A DNA stretch of 59,516 nt, taken from positions 2,553 to 62,068 of the forward strand of contig CAZYRN010000004.1 in assembly GCA_964650185.1 (NCBI GenBank). Reading direction: 5' to 3'. Made by a program: the position numbers and the translations under genes. This stretch comes from an uncultured Pseudomonadales bacterium (GTDB lineage: Bacteria; Patescibacteriota; Microgenomatia; UBA1400; PJMF01). Of this stretch, positions 1 through 9,016 are shown in pieces. Under the pieces are notes generated by a model that did no database searches, was not told the DNA's origin, and saw nothing but the letters and a program-made list of their open reading frames with translations. Position 1 is the stretch's first letter; every line of letters begins with the position of its first letter.

Positions 1-2
1 GG

Positions 3-188
3 ATTGGAGCTTTTACTGGCTTAGTACCTGATTTTGTCGAATTTCCCCGCAATTTTTTTAAGTGGGAACCTTTTTTCCTCAAACCATTTAATGATTTTCA
101 CGGATTATTCCACAACTCGACACCAAATATGATGTTGGGTTTGGGGACACAGCTTATTACCTTAGCGTTGATTTATTTTTTAAGATGA
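3..188 (+). CDS. C-terminal fragment of a membrane protein (possibly YdjM-like metal-dependent hydrolase), truncated by the window edge
   Basis: Manual translation from position 3 is open to TGA 186-188: IGAFTGLVPDFVEFPRNFFKWEPFFLKPFNDFHGLFHNSTPNMMLGLGTQLITLALIYFLR. It has PD and H-x3-H motifs and a hydrophobic tail. Confidence 0.5.
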   Translation: MGAFTGLVPDFVEFPRNFFKWEPFFLKPFNDFHGLFHNSTPNMMLGLGTQLITLALIYFLR

Positions 189-207
189 AAACCTTAGTTA
201 CTTAAGT

Positions 208-351
208 TTAATAGCAGTCATCTGATAAACCAGTCTCAGGAACCCCAGCTTTTGTACCAAAATAATCTACCCACTCTTCTAAGTTTTGAAATCTTTGTTT
301 TACATTCCAGGGACCTGTAATACTCCATGTATCTCCGTATCCTAATACCAT
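208..351 (-). CDS. Small hypothetical protein, 47 aa (not in the ORF track)
   Basis: ATG 351 to TAA 208-210: MVLGYGDTWSITGPWNVKQRFQNLEEWVDYFGTKAGVPETGLSDDCY. AAAGG lies upstream. Confidence 0.3.
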   Translation of the reverse strand: MVLGYGDTWSITGPWNVKQRFQNLEEWVDYFGTKAGVPETGLSDDCY

Positions 352-391
352 AATTTTGCCTTTCTATAGCGTTATATACTATAATTTGACT

Positions 392-709
392 ATGTTGAAT
401 AAAGAAGTAACTATAAAGTCTTTGCCCTCTGATTTATTTAGAATAGTCTCCTTAATTTTGTTTCCTTTTATTGTTTATTTTTTAATTTCTTCATTTAGAC
501 AGAGTTTTCTAAATCTTAACTCCAGACAATGTATTTCTAATTTTGATGCCTCTACTTTTAATTGCTTTGACGGCAAAGCATTATTTTTTTTCTCCTTCAC
601 CACCACCCTCTTTCTTTTTATTTTTATTTATCGACTTATTAAGCATTTCTTTTCCATACAAAAAAAAGAGCCCTCTAAAAAGCTCTTTTCTCCATTAAAT
701 AAAGCCTAA
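392..709 (+). CDS. Hypothetical two-TM membrane protein
   Basis: ATG 392 lies 6 nt after TATAAT (380-385). Two hydrophobic segments flank a C-x10-C loop. Confidence 0.5.
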   Translation: MLNKEVTIKSLPSDLFRIVSLILFPFIVYFLISSFRQSFLNLNSRQCISNFDASTFNCFDGKALFFFSFTTTLFLFIFIYRLIKHFFSIQKKEPSKKLFSPLNKA

Positions 710-737
710 TCTCTTAAAAATATAACTCTGATCAATG

Positions 738-823
738 TGCCGCGGGTGGGAATCGAACCCACACGGGGTGTAAGCCCCATAGGTTTTTGAGACCTACGCG
801 TCTGCCTGTTCCGCCACCGCGGC
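738..823 (-). tRNA. tRNA-Leu(CAA)
   Basis: Reverse complement GCCGCGGTGGCGGAACAGGCAGACGCGTAGGTCTCAAAAACCTATGGGGCTTACACCCCGTGTGGGTTCGATTCCCACCCGCGGCA forms a cloverleaf with a long variable arm and anticodon CAA. CCA is not encoded. Confidence 0.96.
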
Positions 824-921
824 GCAGCACATCTCAACATCAAGTACTTAGACTGCCTAAGTAGCTTTAGAGTATACCAGCAAACCTTGCAATTTCCCAG
901 CAAATCATCCATCATGAAGTT

Positions 922-1155
922 ATGGCATCTGTCCAAGCTATAATAGCCGAAATTTTTGAGATCAACCATATTTGGTGGCTAGTGATTAAAGCTTTTGTCT
1001 GGCTAGGCATTGCCATTACCATTTTAGTCAAAACCGACTCTCCTCATCCAGAAAAGTCATTAAAAAGCCTCAAGTCATCACTTGGATTTTTTTTGCTCTT
1101 TATTTTTTTGTCCGGCGGACTAATATATCTTCTTTTTGGCCAAGTGCCGGTCTAA
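922..1155 (+). CDS. Small two-TM hypothetical protein
   Basis: ATG start, 77 aa, two clear hydrophobic helices. Confidence 0.6.
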   Translation: MASVQAIIAEIFEINHIWWLVIKAFVWLGIAITILVKTDSPHPEKSLKSLKSSLGFFLLFIFLSGGLIYLLFGQVPV

Positions 1156-1250
1156 AACTATTTATTAGCTAATAATTTATTTGAGATCATAATCAGAAAA
1201 GTAGATGGAGCTGGATTAAATTCTTCATTTGGGGTCATAATTTTTCCAAA

Positions 1251-1519
1251 TTACCTATTACTTTGGCTTCCATTACCATTACTTCCATTGCTACGCGCAT
1301 GTTCAAGCTGTTTCCTAACTTGCTGACTAACGTCTCCACCGTTCCGATATCCTCGCTCTCTCAACATGAGAGTGGTGCGAGAATCATTATCTGCAGGCTC
1401 TTCTGCTTCACCGAATGCTTCTGGATATAAATACCCAGGTATTTTTTTCTCTTCTCTACTCCATCATCTCCGTCTCTTGCTCCATAAAGTTTGGATATTC
1501 CTCTTAGTCTTTCATTCAT
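1251..1519 (-). pseudogene. Hypothetical gene split by a 1-nt frameshift at an A7 run (or sequencing error, or programmed -1 shift)
   Basis: ORF from ATG 1519 (MNERLRG...) reaches AGA-AAA-AAA at 1450-1442. The -1 frame continues IPGYLYPEAFGEAEEPAD...NGSNGNGSQSNR to TAA 1251. Confidence 0.3.
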
Positions 1520-1674
1520 CCTTACCAATTTAGCACAACTTTGCGCCAGTTTGATGATTTTCAATAACTATTTTTTTACCGGTTGGATGTATGGCGATAA
1601 ACTTGAAAAACTGCTGGCAGCTAAAATAAAAATAGAATTGACTTTAATTAACAACAGGCATAGAGTACCAACTT

Positions 1675-1995
1675 ATGGTCAAACTTTTTTCCCTAGAGCT
1701 AGGACAACATCAACCTCAACACGACCACCACTCAACGGCCACTGAAAGTCAAAAAAATAATGACCCTCTAAATCAATTATTGCCATATTTAAATGAAATA
1801 ATGGCTGCTCAAGGATGTATTACCGATAGTTGTTTAGATGATAAAAAACTAAAAAAAGTTAATGCGATATTAGAACCCTTAGGAATTAACTTAAGTCAAG
1901 CTTTATTTCTGCTGCTAGAACAAGGAGCTTTAGAAATGACCAATGAATATCCCACTCGTTTTAGGCTCACTGACTCTAGTCAAGATTTTCATTAA
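1675..1995 (+). CDS. Hypothetical protein, 106 aa
   Basis: ATG-started ORF convergent on dnaB. AT-rich, no recognised motif. Confidence 0.5.
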   Translation: MVKLFSLELGQHQPQHDHHSTATESQKNNDPLNQLLPYLNEIMAAQGCITDSCLDDKKLKKVNAILEPLGINLSQALFLLLEQGALEMTNEYPTRFRLTDSSQDFH

Positions 1996-2003
1996 ATAAT
2001 CGC

Positions 2004-3326
2004 CTACTCCGTCGTCTGCTGCATTCCGGTTTCCATGTTGTAAAACTTGATTCGATCACCTCTAAAGAAGAGATCAACTGTGCCCACTGGACCATTCCGG
2101 TGCTTGGCCACTTTAAACTTCATGGCCTCGCGCACATCATCATCCTGCCGATACAAAAAGGCTACTACGTCCGCATCTTGCTCAATGCTGCCGCTTTCCC
2201 GCAAGTCTGACAATTGCGGTGCTTTCTCTCCCCGACTCTCAACCGCCCGATTTAACTGTGATAACGCCAACACTGGCACTTTAAGTTCGCGAGCGATATT
2301 CTTCAAACCCTGAGAAATTTCCGCTACCTCTTGGGTTCGGTTGTCTTTGGTTCGGCCATGAGCCAACTGCAAATAGTCCATAATGATCAAATCAACACCA
2401 TGCTCTGCCTTTAAGCGCCGAGCCTTGGTTCTCATCTCATAAATTGACATACCTGGTTTATCATCAATAAAGAGCGGTGCATCTGCTAGCACCCCCATTG
2501 CATCAGATAACTTCAAAAAGTCCTGCTGGTCGAGTCGGCCAGTTTTCAGCCGCCACGCATCAATATCCGCCTGTGACACCAACAACCGATCCACTAGCTC
2601 TTCCTTACTCATTTCCAGCGAAAAGAAACCAACTTTCTTCTTAGCGGTCACGGTCACATATTGGCAAATGTTTAAAGCCAACGCGGTTTTACCCATGCCT
2701 GGCCGCGCCGCCAAAATTACTAAGTTTGATTTCTGCAAACCAGCTAAAATTCGGTCAATATCAGTAAAGCCGGTGGGCAAACCTCGCAAATCATCGCCAG
2801 AACGCTGCAGCTCATCTAGTCTTTCAAAACTTTCTACCAACGTATCCTTCAACGGCACAAAGGCTTTGTCAGATCTGGATTGGGAAACTTTGAAAATTTC
2901 CTGCTCTGCTTCATCCATTAAATTTTCTGCCTCTATAGATGGATCGAAAGCTTTTTCAGCTAAAGTACTCGAGACTTTAATCACTCGCCTTTTGACATAA
3001 GTTTCCACCACCAGCTGGGCATAGCGCTCCACGTTGGCGGAAGTTGAAACCAAGTTAGACAACTCGGCAATTTTAGCAGCACCGCCTGCCTGTTGGAGAT
3101 GCTTCATCTTCTTCAGCTGATTATTTAAAGTCACCGCATCAATTGGCTGACGCGCTTCATAAAGCGTCTCCATAGCTTCATAGATGACCTGATGGGCGGG
3201 ATCATAAAAGCTTTCTGGCCGCAACACTTCTCCAACTCTAATGATTGCTTCTGCATCAATTAAAATTGAGCCAAGCACCGACTGCTCGGCATCAATATCA
3301 TGGGGTGGTACTCTGTTTGTAGCCAT
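2004..3326 (-). CDS. dnaB: Replicative DNA helicase DnaB
   Basis: N-terminal PPHDIDAEQSVLG, Walker A AARPGMGKT, FSLEM, DYLQL, LSQLNR and DLRESGSIEQDAD motifs. Confidence 0.98.
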   Translation of the reverse strand: MATNRVPPHDIDAEQSVLGSILIDAEAIIRVGEVLRPESFYDPAHQVIYEAMETLYEARQPIDAVTLNNQLKKMKHLQQAGGAAKIAELSNLVSTSANVERYAQLVVETYVKRRVIKVSSTLAEKAFDPSIEAENLMDEAEQEIFKVSQSRSDKAFVPLKDTLVESFERLDELQRSGDDLRGLPTGFTDIDRILAGLQKSNLVILAARPGMGKTALALNICQYVTVTAKKKVGFFSLEMSKEELVDRLLVSQADIDAWRLKTGRLDQQDFLKLSDAMGVLADAPLFIDDKPGMSIYEMRTKARRLKAEHGVDLIIMDYLQLAHGRTKDNRTQEVAEISQGLKNIARELKVPVLALSQLNRAVESRGEKAPQLSDLRESGSIEQDADVVAFLYRQDDDVREAMKFKVAKHRNGPVGTVDLFFRGDRIKFYNMETGMQQTTE

Positions 3327-3377
3327 ATGCTTAATAGTATCGTTTGGGCAGAATCATATAGTATTTACCGCTGGAAA

Positions 3378-4037
3378 CTATGAGCGGCGCAACACTACTA
3401 CTTCAGTTTCTTCCGGCAGGTTACTGCGATCAATATTGAGCTTATCATCTGGCTCAACTTCAACACCATATTCCTTTAAAAACTCCTCTAAAGTTGCCAG
3501 TTCACCAAATGTGTTTTCATCTAAGGCTGAAGTTTGGTAGTGCATCGGAATCACCATGCTCGGCTCAAGGGTTTTAATAACATTAATAGCTGCTTTAGGA
3601 CCAATTGTATAAACTCCCCCCACTGGACAAAGTAAAATATCCACATCGCCAATTTCATCAATCTGTTCTGGAGTTAACTCATGGCCTAAATCTCCCAAAT
3701 GACACACTCTCAAGTCATCAAGTAAGATAGTATAAATAATATTTGTACCTCGTTCTGCTCCCTGCTGATCATCATGATATGTTTGCACACCAAAAACTGA
3801 GATACCTGCCACCTCATATTCGCCTGGTGAATCAATCACAAATGGCCGATCACGGCGAGCGGTCGCACTGACAGCATCAACATAATTATGGTCTTTGTGA
3901 TCATGAGAAATGGTTACGAGATCAGCACTAACTTTAGGCATTTCAATACCAATATATGAATGAAAAGGATCCGTCACCACCGTCCCTGCTTTGCCCTTTA
4001 ATTTAAAGCTTGAATGTCCGTTATAAGTAATAATCAT
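3378..4037 (-). CDS. MBL-fold metallo-hydrolase
   Basis: GHSSF, SHDHKDH (HxHxDH), HLGD and PMHY motifs. Confidence 0.9.
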   Translation of the reverse strand: MIITYNGHSSFKLKGKAGTVVTDPFHSYIGIEMPKVSADLVTISHDHKDHNYVDAVSATARRDRPFVIDSPGEYEVAGISVFGVQTYHDDQQGAERGTNIIYTILLDDLRVCHLGDLGHELTPEQIDEIGDVDILLCPVGGVYTIGPKAAINVIKTLEPSMVIPMHYQTSALDENTFGELATLEEFLKEYGVEVEPDDKLNIDRSNLPEETEVVVLRRS

Positions 4038-4163
4038 ACTGAAACCCTTTCACCTGTAGCCTACCAAAACTTTACCTAACATACAATACAAAAATCCCAA
4101 GTTAACTCCCTAATAAAACCAGTAGTTTCCCGATCCGGTTGATGCAGTATAATAGAGTTTCTG

Positions 4164-4691
4164 ATGAAAAAGGAAATTATCATTTCAGTGGTAGTGGGTT
4201 TAATTTCAGGGTTAATTATTGTTTATGGAGTCTACACCGCCCGCACCTCATTATCAAAACCAACTGCTGACCAGACTTTACTGGAAACCAACCCTTTAGC
4301 GTCGGTGTCTCCCAGTCCCAACAATGGTCAATTAGCAATTCACAGCCCTGCTGATGAGATTATTGTCGATCAGCGACAGCTGACTATCACTGGCACCACC
4401 ATTCCCCACACTTATGTGGTCGTCTTTGTCAATAATGATGAAAACATCCTTACCTCTGATAGTGCCGGCTCATTTTCCATGGAAGCAGTCTTAGAAACCG
4501 GCAGCAACATCATTATCATTTATGCCATTGATTCTGACGGCAATACTATCGTGGAAGAAAGAACTGTCATTTATACCACCGAGCCCTTGATTGACACAGA
4601 AACAACCAATACAGAAACAGAGACCGGTGATCCTGAGGCAGAAGCTGATCCAGATCAAGAAACCAGCAATACTGATGTCACTGAGGAATAA
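4164..4691 (+). CDS. Membrane-anchored protein with Ig-like beta-sandwich domain and acidic tail
   Basis: N-terminal TM helix; SP...LTITGTT...GSFS...L..GSN.I.I.A.D..GN pattern typical of bacterial Ig-like domains. Confidence 0.7.
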   Translation: MKKEIIISVVVGLISGLIIVYGVYTARTSLSKPTADQTLLETNPLASVSPSPNNGQLAIHSPADEIIVDQRQLTITGTTIPHTYVVVFVNNDENILTSDSAGSFSMEAVLETGSNIIIIYAIDSDGNTIVEERTVIYTTEPLIDTETTNTETETGDPEAEADPDQETSNTDVTEE

Positions 4692-4695
4692 ATTT

Positions 4696-5391
4696 ATGAA
4701 AAATATCACCCAACTTATCACCTTAATTCTCTGCAGCTTGGTTGTCAGTTTGGCTAACCCAGGTCAAAGTTTTGCTCAAGACAGCACTAACAGCGCTAAT
4801 CCCACCGAAACTACTCGCCAGCTTAAGGAAAGAATTCAGCGGATAGTTGATGAGAAGAAAGATCAAATTAAAGGCGTTATTGACGATCTTTCGCAACAGC
4901 GCACTGGTTTCATCGGCGAGGTGCAACGAGTCACCGAAGAAAGCATTACCATTAATAATCAGCATGGCACGCGCATTTTGCCGATTGATGATCAAGTGAC
5001 CCTCCGAAGAAATAATAATGACATTGAAATCAGCGAGATCGCGGTTGGAGATTGGTTGGTGGTGATGGGTGTCGAGGCAGATGATGCCTTTGTTCCTTTG
5101 CGCATTTTAGCCTCATCAACTTCACTTAGACCCAGATCTCATGTGGTAGCCTTAGGCAGCATCGCTGATATCAGCCGAAATAGCTTAACACTGCTTTCCA
5201 GAACTGGTGAAGAAGTTGAGTTTGTGACTAATACTAATACCAGCTTTCAAGACAATGATGGTGAAGAGGTGCTGGTGTCAGAGTTTGTCGAAGAGATGCA
5301 GGTGATTGTCGTCGGATATGAGGACAAAGATGATAAGATTTTGACAGTAGTCAGAACTTTAGCGCCGCTTACAGTCACCGAGAATGAGTAA
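4696..5391 (+). CDS. Exported hypothetical protein with two OB-like (DUF5666-like) beta domains
   Basis: Signal peptide from ATG 4696, then a coiled-coil and two repeats of G.V/I..I....IT/L...G.......T. Confidence 0.65.
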   Translation: MKNITQLITLILCSLVVSLANPGQSFAQDSTNSANPTETTRQLKERIQRIVDEKKDQIKGVIDDLSQQRTGFIGEVQRVTEESITINNQHGTRILPIDDQVTLRRNNNDIEISEIAVGDWLVVMGVEADDAFVPLRILASSTSLRPRSHVVALGSIADISRNSLTLLSRTGEEVEFVTNTNTSFQDNDGEEVLVSEFVEEMQVIVVGYEDKDDKILTVVRTLAPLTVTENE

Positions 5392-6460
5392 CCACAACTC
5401 CATTTATTCACAGCGCCTCCAACACTTACGTCAAGACCTTGACTCAAAAACCGGCCTGCTACTCTCTACTCCCACCGACATTACATATTTTTCCGGTTTT
5501 CAATTTTTAGTTCCTGAAGAGCGAGAGGCATTAATGGTCATCACGCCGCAATCAGCTACTTTACTGCGTGCTAGTTTTTCTCCCTTTAAAAAAAGTGATG
5601 GCATTGTTGATATTGCCGGTTGTTATCCCGAAGCCTTACAAGAGCTGATAGTCAAACTAAAAAAGACCGACGGGTTGCGAGAGCTGCAGATTGATCCAAA
5701 CAGCTTGTTTGTAAATGAGTATTACCATCTGCAGGCTTTACCCGCTCTACATTTGACAGATCTAGACCGGCAACGAATCTGGAAACTGCGTACAATTAAA
5801 TCTTCTCAAGAAATTAAGTACATTCGCCAAGCTGCCCGCATCACTAAAAAAGTCATGAAGCAAGCGTTAGAACAGCTAACAGTAGGTCAGACTGAGTTGG
5901 AATTAAAACAGTTGATTGAGAATGCTTTAACTGAACTTGGCTCCCAACAGCCAGCTTTTCCAACTATTGTTGCTTTTGGCGCACATGCCGCCCTGCCCCA
6001 TCATCAGCCAACCTCGACTAAATTGAGCTCAAATACAGCCGTCCTGCTTGATTTTGGTGCCACGGTGGCTGGATATCGGGCTGATATGACTCGGACTGTC
6101 TGGTTTGGTGATCAACCCAGTGCTGAATTTGTGCAAGTAAAAAAGTTAGTTATAGCCGCTTATCGGCAAGTGCTAAAACTTTTAGACCAGCCAAAAGTTG
6201 TTACCGCTCAGGAACTAGATCACGCGGCGCGCTCTCTGATTACTGCGGCTGGCTACGGCAGTAAGTTTATTCACACCACCGGCCACGGATTAGGGTTGGA
6301 TATTCATGAAAGTCTGTCACTGAGCTGGAGAAATACCCAACAGATTTTGCCCCACATGGTGATTACCATCGAACCCGGAATTTACTTGACTGGCCAGTTT
6401 GGCTATCGACATGAAAATACGGTGCTGGTAACTCAAAATGGAGGTCAAGCGCTGACATAA
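5384..6460 (+). CDS. Xaa-Pro aminopeptidase (M24 family)
   Basis: PHH, LLDFGA..GYRADMTRT, HTTGHGLGLDIHE, TIEPGIY and RHEN metal-binding motifs. Confidence 0.93.
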   Translation: MSNHNSIYSQRLQHLRQDLDSKTGLLLSTPTDITYFSGFQFLVPEEREALMVITPQSATLLRASFSPFKKSDGIVDIAGCYPEALQELIVKLKKTDGLRELQIDPNSLFVNEYYHLQALPALHLTDLDRQRIWKLRTIKSSQEIKYIRQAARITKKVMKQALEQLTVGQTELELKQLIENALTELGSQQPAFPTIVAFGAHAALPHHQPTSTKLSSNTAVLLDFGATVAGYRADMTRTVWFGDQPSAEFVQVKKLVIAAYRQVLKLLDQPKVVTAQELDHAARSLITAAGYGSKFIHTTGHGLGLDIHESLSLSWRNTQQILPHMVITIEPGIYLTGQFGYRHENTVLVTQNGGQALT

Positions 6461-6504
6461 TTAATCGACAATGATGGTTGGTGTGATTAAAATCAAAGGA
6501 ATCT

Positions 6505-7029
6505 ATGCCTGATGAAGCTCAAATTCAACTCCTTACCGCGCAAGATGCGTCCCTTTATCGCGACCTACGGCTACGGGCGCTTCAAACTGACCCACAAGTT
6601 TTTTTAGCAACATTTGAGGAAGAAAGCCAAAAACCGCTGTTAGCTTTTCAGCATGAGTTAGAATTTGCCATTAGTTCCCCAATCTGGGGTTATTATGGAA
6701 TTTTTCATCAACAACAGTTGGTGAGTTTTTGCCAAATCAGTCATACTGCCTTTTCCAAACACGCTCATCTTGCTCATCTTTACAATCTGTACATTGCTCC
6801 TGAATTTCGCCGACAAGGTTATGGTCATCATCTCGTGACCTATGTGATAGAAAAATTAATATCTCACCAAGTTGAGTTGCTAGTGATTACCCATCTCGGC
6901 AATAATACGCGGGCTCATCAATTTTATGAAAGATTGGGTTTTCAAGAATGCGGCCGCTTGCCCAATAGCATTAAGTGGCAAGGCCAATACGATGATGAAG
7001 TGCAGATGTATCTTAAACTTGAAAAGTAA
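6505..7029 (+). CDS. GNAT family N-acetyltransferase
   Basis: LYIAPEFRRQGYG acetyl-CoA motif A; N..A..FYERLGF..CG. Confidence 0.9.
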   Translation: MPDEAQIQLLTAQDASLYRDLRLRALQTDPQVFLATFEEESQKPLLAFQHELEFAISSPIWGYYGIFHQQQLVSFCQISHTAFSKHAHLAHLYNLYIAPEFRRQGYGHHLVTYVIEKLISHQVELLVITHLGNNTRAHQFYERLGFQECGRLPNSIKWQGQYDDEVQMYLKLEK

Positions 7030-7072
7030 GTCTGGAAAAAAACTGTGATTAGTTCAACTTTTAGTTCAACTG

Positions 7073-7145
7073 TGGACCCGACCGGGATCGAACCGGCTAC
7101 CTTTGCAATGCGAATGCAACGCTCTACCAAGTGAGCTACGGGCCC
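7073..7145 (-). tRNA. tRNA-Ala(CGC)
   Basis: Reverse complement GGGCCCGTAGCTCACTTGGTAGAGCGTTGCATTCGCATTGCAAAGGTAGCCGGTTCGATCCCGGTCGGGTCCA; anticodon CGC; G3:U70 alanine identity pair. Confidence 0.96.
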
Positions 7146-7177
7146 TAATTAAGCGGTTAGCCCTAATTAAGCGGTTA
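7142..7177. repeat. Perfect 18-bp tandem duplication at the tRNA-Ala 5' boundary
   Basis: GCCCTAATTAAGCGGTTA at 7142-7159 and 7160-7177. Confidence 0.9.
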
Positions 7178-7362
7178 TTAAAGAAATAAACCCACCAATT
7201 CTTATAGCGGTATTTTACCCTATTCTTAATTTTGACCAATACCAAACCAAATTTAACTAGCTATAGCAATGTAAAGTTTATGTAATAGCAATGAATTAGT
7301 ATAGTAATATTTCACCAGAGGTGATTGATCTAAAATATGACTCCTTTATAATGTTAGATGAT

Positions 7363-7647
7363 ATGAAAAAACAGTTTAAAGACCTCATCGAGGCAGTTGC
7401 CCAACTTGAAAATGAAAAAGAGATTGAGAATTTTCTTAGAGACCTCTTGACCCCAACTGAAACGGAAGAGTTATCGACTCGCTACCAGATCGCTTTCTTG
7501 CTCTGGTCTACAGAAATGTCCTATGCCGACATTGCGGAGAAGCTGAGTACTAGCACCACAACTGTGACTCGAGTAGCTAGATTTTTGCATAAAGAACCCT
7601 ACGGCGGCTACCGCACTGTTCTGCAACGGCTTTATCCCAAAGACTAG
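7363..7647 (+). CDS. TrpR-like YerC/YecD family regulator
   Basis: FLRDLLTPTE..EL..R..IA..L.....SY..I...L.TSTTTVTRVAR.L.....GGYR signature. Start placed at ATG 7363, 10 nt after TATAAT 7347-7352. Confidence 0.88.
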   Translation: MKKQFKDLIEAVAQLENEKEIENFLRDLLTPTETEELSTRYQIAFLLWSTEMSYADIAEKLSTSTTTVTRVARFLHKEPYGGYRTVLQRLYPKD

Positions 7648-7714
7648 CTGATCTTTTACCAACACCGGCGTTCTCGATAGACTAGGCTTGAGTGCTGCTG
7701 TTACAATGAACAGC

Positions 7715-8968
7715 ATGACACAAAATTTACTTCAAACCTTGAAGGGTTTCCGAGATTTTTTACCCGCTGAAAAAAGAAAGCGGGATTTTGTCGCGGCCAA
7801 AATCAAGGCAGCTTTTGAGTTGTATGGTTATGAACCAGTTGAAACACCAACTCTCGAGTATGCCTCACTGCTACTAGGCAAATACGGAGATGAGGCTGAC
7901 AAACTGGTTTACACCTTTGAAGACCGAGGCGGTCGCCAAGTAGCACTGCGTTATGATCAAACCGTTCCCACGGCTCGACTGCTTGCCGAACAGCAACATC
8001 AGCTACCACGATATTTCCGCCGCTATCAGATGCAAAATGTTTTTCGTGCTGATAAACCTCAAGCCGGCCGCTATCGAGAATTTACCCAATGTGATTGTGA
8101 TATTTTTGGCAGTACTTCCCCACTGGCAGATGCCGAGATTGTGGCCGTTTATTATCAGGCGTTCAAAAATATCGGTTTAACCTCACTCCAAATTGAAATT
8201 AATGACCGACAGACCTTATTCCAGACTCTTTCGCCTTTTGCTACTCCCGAAGTTGATGTCATGTCTATTACTCAATCCATTGACAAACTGGACAAACTTT
8301 CCCCCGAAGAAGTGATAGCAGAATTAGTTAAAAAGGGCTTATCAACCTCAGTAGCATCAGAAATTATATCCGCTATAGAAAATGCTGATAAATCTGATAA
8401 TTTAAAGGAAATTGAACAATACATAATTAAGCTGGGAGTGCCTGCCGAGACCTTAGTCTTCAACCCAAAACTTGCTCGGGGGCTAGATTATTACACTGGC
8501 TTAATTTTTGAAGGCCGTATACCCGAATATCAAATGGGTTCAGTGGGCGGCGGCGGGCGTTATGATCAATTGATTGAAAATCTCTCTGGCCTCAAGATGT
8601 CGGCGGTCGGTTTTGGGATTGGTTTTGATCGCACTGTCGAAGCTGCTGATCAGTTAGGCTTACTGCCAAATGTAACCGGCACTGCCCAAGTACTAGTCTC
8701 AGTTTTTAATGAGCAGCTGGCTCCTATCTCGATGGCCGCCGCCGCTCAACTTCGCCAAGCCGGCATTGCCACCGAGCTTTACCCAGAAAACTCTGACCGG
8801 CTGGGTAAACAATTTGCGACAGCTAATGATAAAAACATTGCCTATGTCGTCGTGATTGGCGATGAGGAAGCCGCCGCCAATCAAGTGACACTGAAAGATA
8901 TGGCCAGCGGCGATCAAGATCGAATTAGTCTAGAGGAATTAATCACTCGCCTCAAGCCGCGTGACTAA
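7715..8968 (+). CDS. hisS: Histidine--tRNA ligase
   Basis: KGFRD, LRYDQTVP, FRADKPQAGRYREFTQCDCD, LARGLDYYTG and GGGRYD motifs. Start ATG 7715, 7 nt after TACAAT. Confidence 0.97.
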   Translation: MTQNLLQTLKGFRDFLPAEKRKRDFVAAKIKAAFELYGYEPVETPTLEYASLLLGKYGDEADKLVYTFEDRGGRQVALRYDQTVPTARLLAEQQHQLPRYFRRYQMQNVFRADKPQAGRYREFTQCDCDIFGSTSPLADAEIVAVYYQAFKNIGLTSLQIEINDRQTLFQTLSPFATPEVDVMSITQSIDKLDKLSPEEVIAELVKKGLSTSVASEIISAIENADKSDNLKEIEQYIIKLGVPAETLVFNPKLARGLDYYTGLIFEGRIPEYQMGSVGGGGRYDQLIENLSGLKMSAVGFGIGFDRTVEAADQLGLLPNVTGTAQVLVSVFNEQLAPISMAAAAQLRQAGIATELYPENSDRLGKQFATANDKNIAYVVVIGDEEAAANQVTLKDMASGDQDRISLEELITRLKPRD

Positions 8969-9016
8969 CCAAAGCTAATTTGAATCAACTATCATCAGTC
9001 TTAAGGTGAAGATATT

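Noticed and set aside
1-2000. Prophage or integrative element at tRNA-Leu
   Set aside because: No integrase or phage gene, and no duplicated tRNA 3' end within the window.
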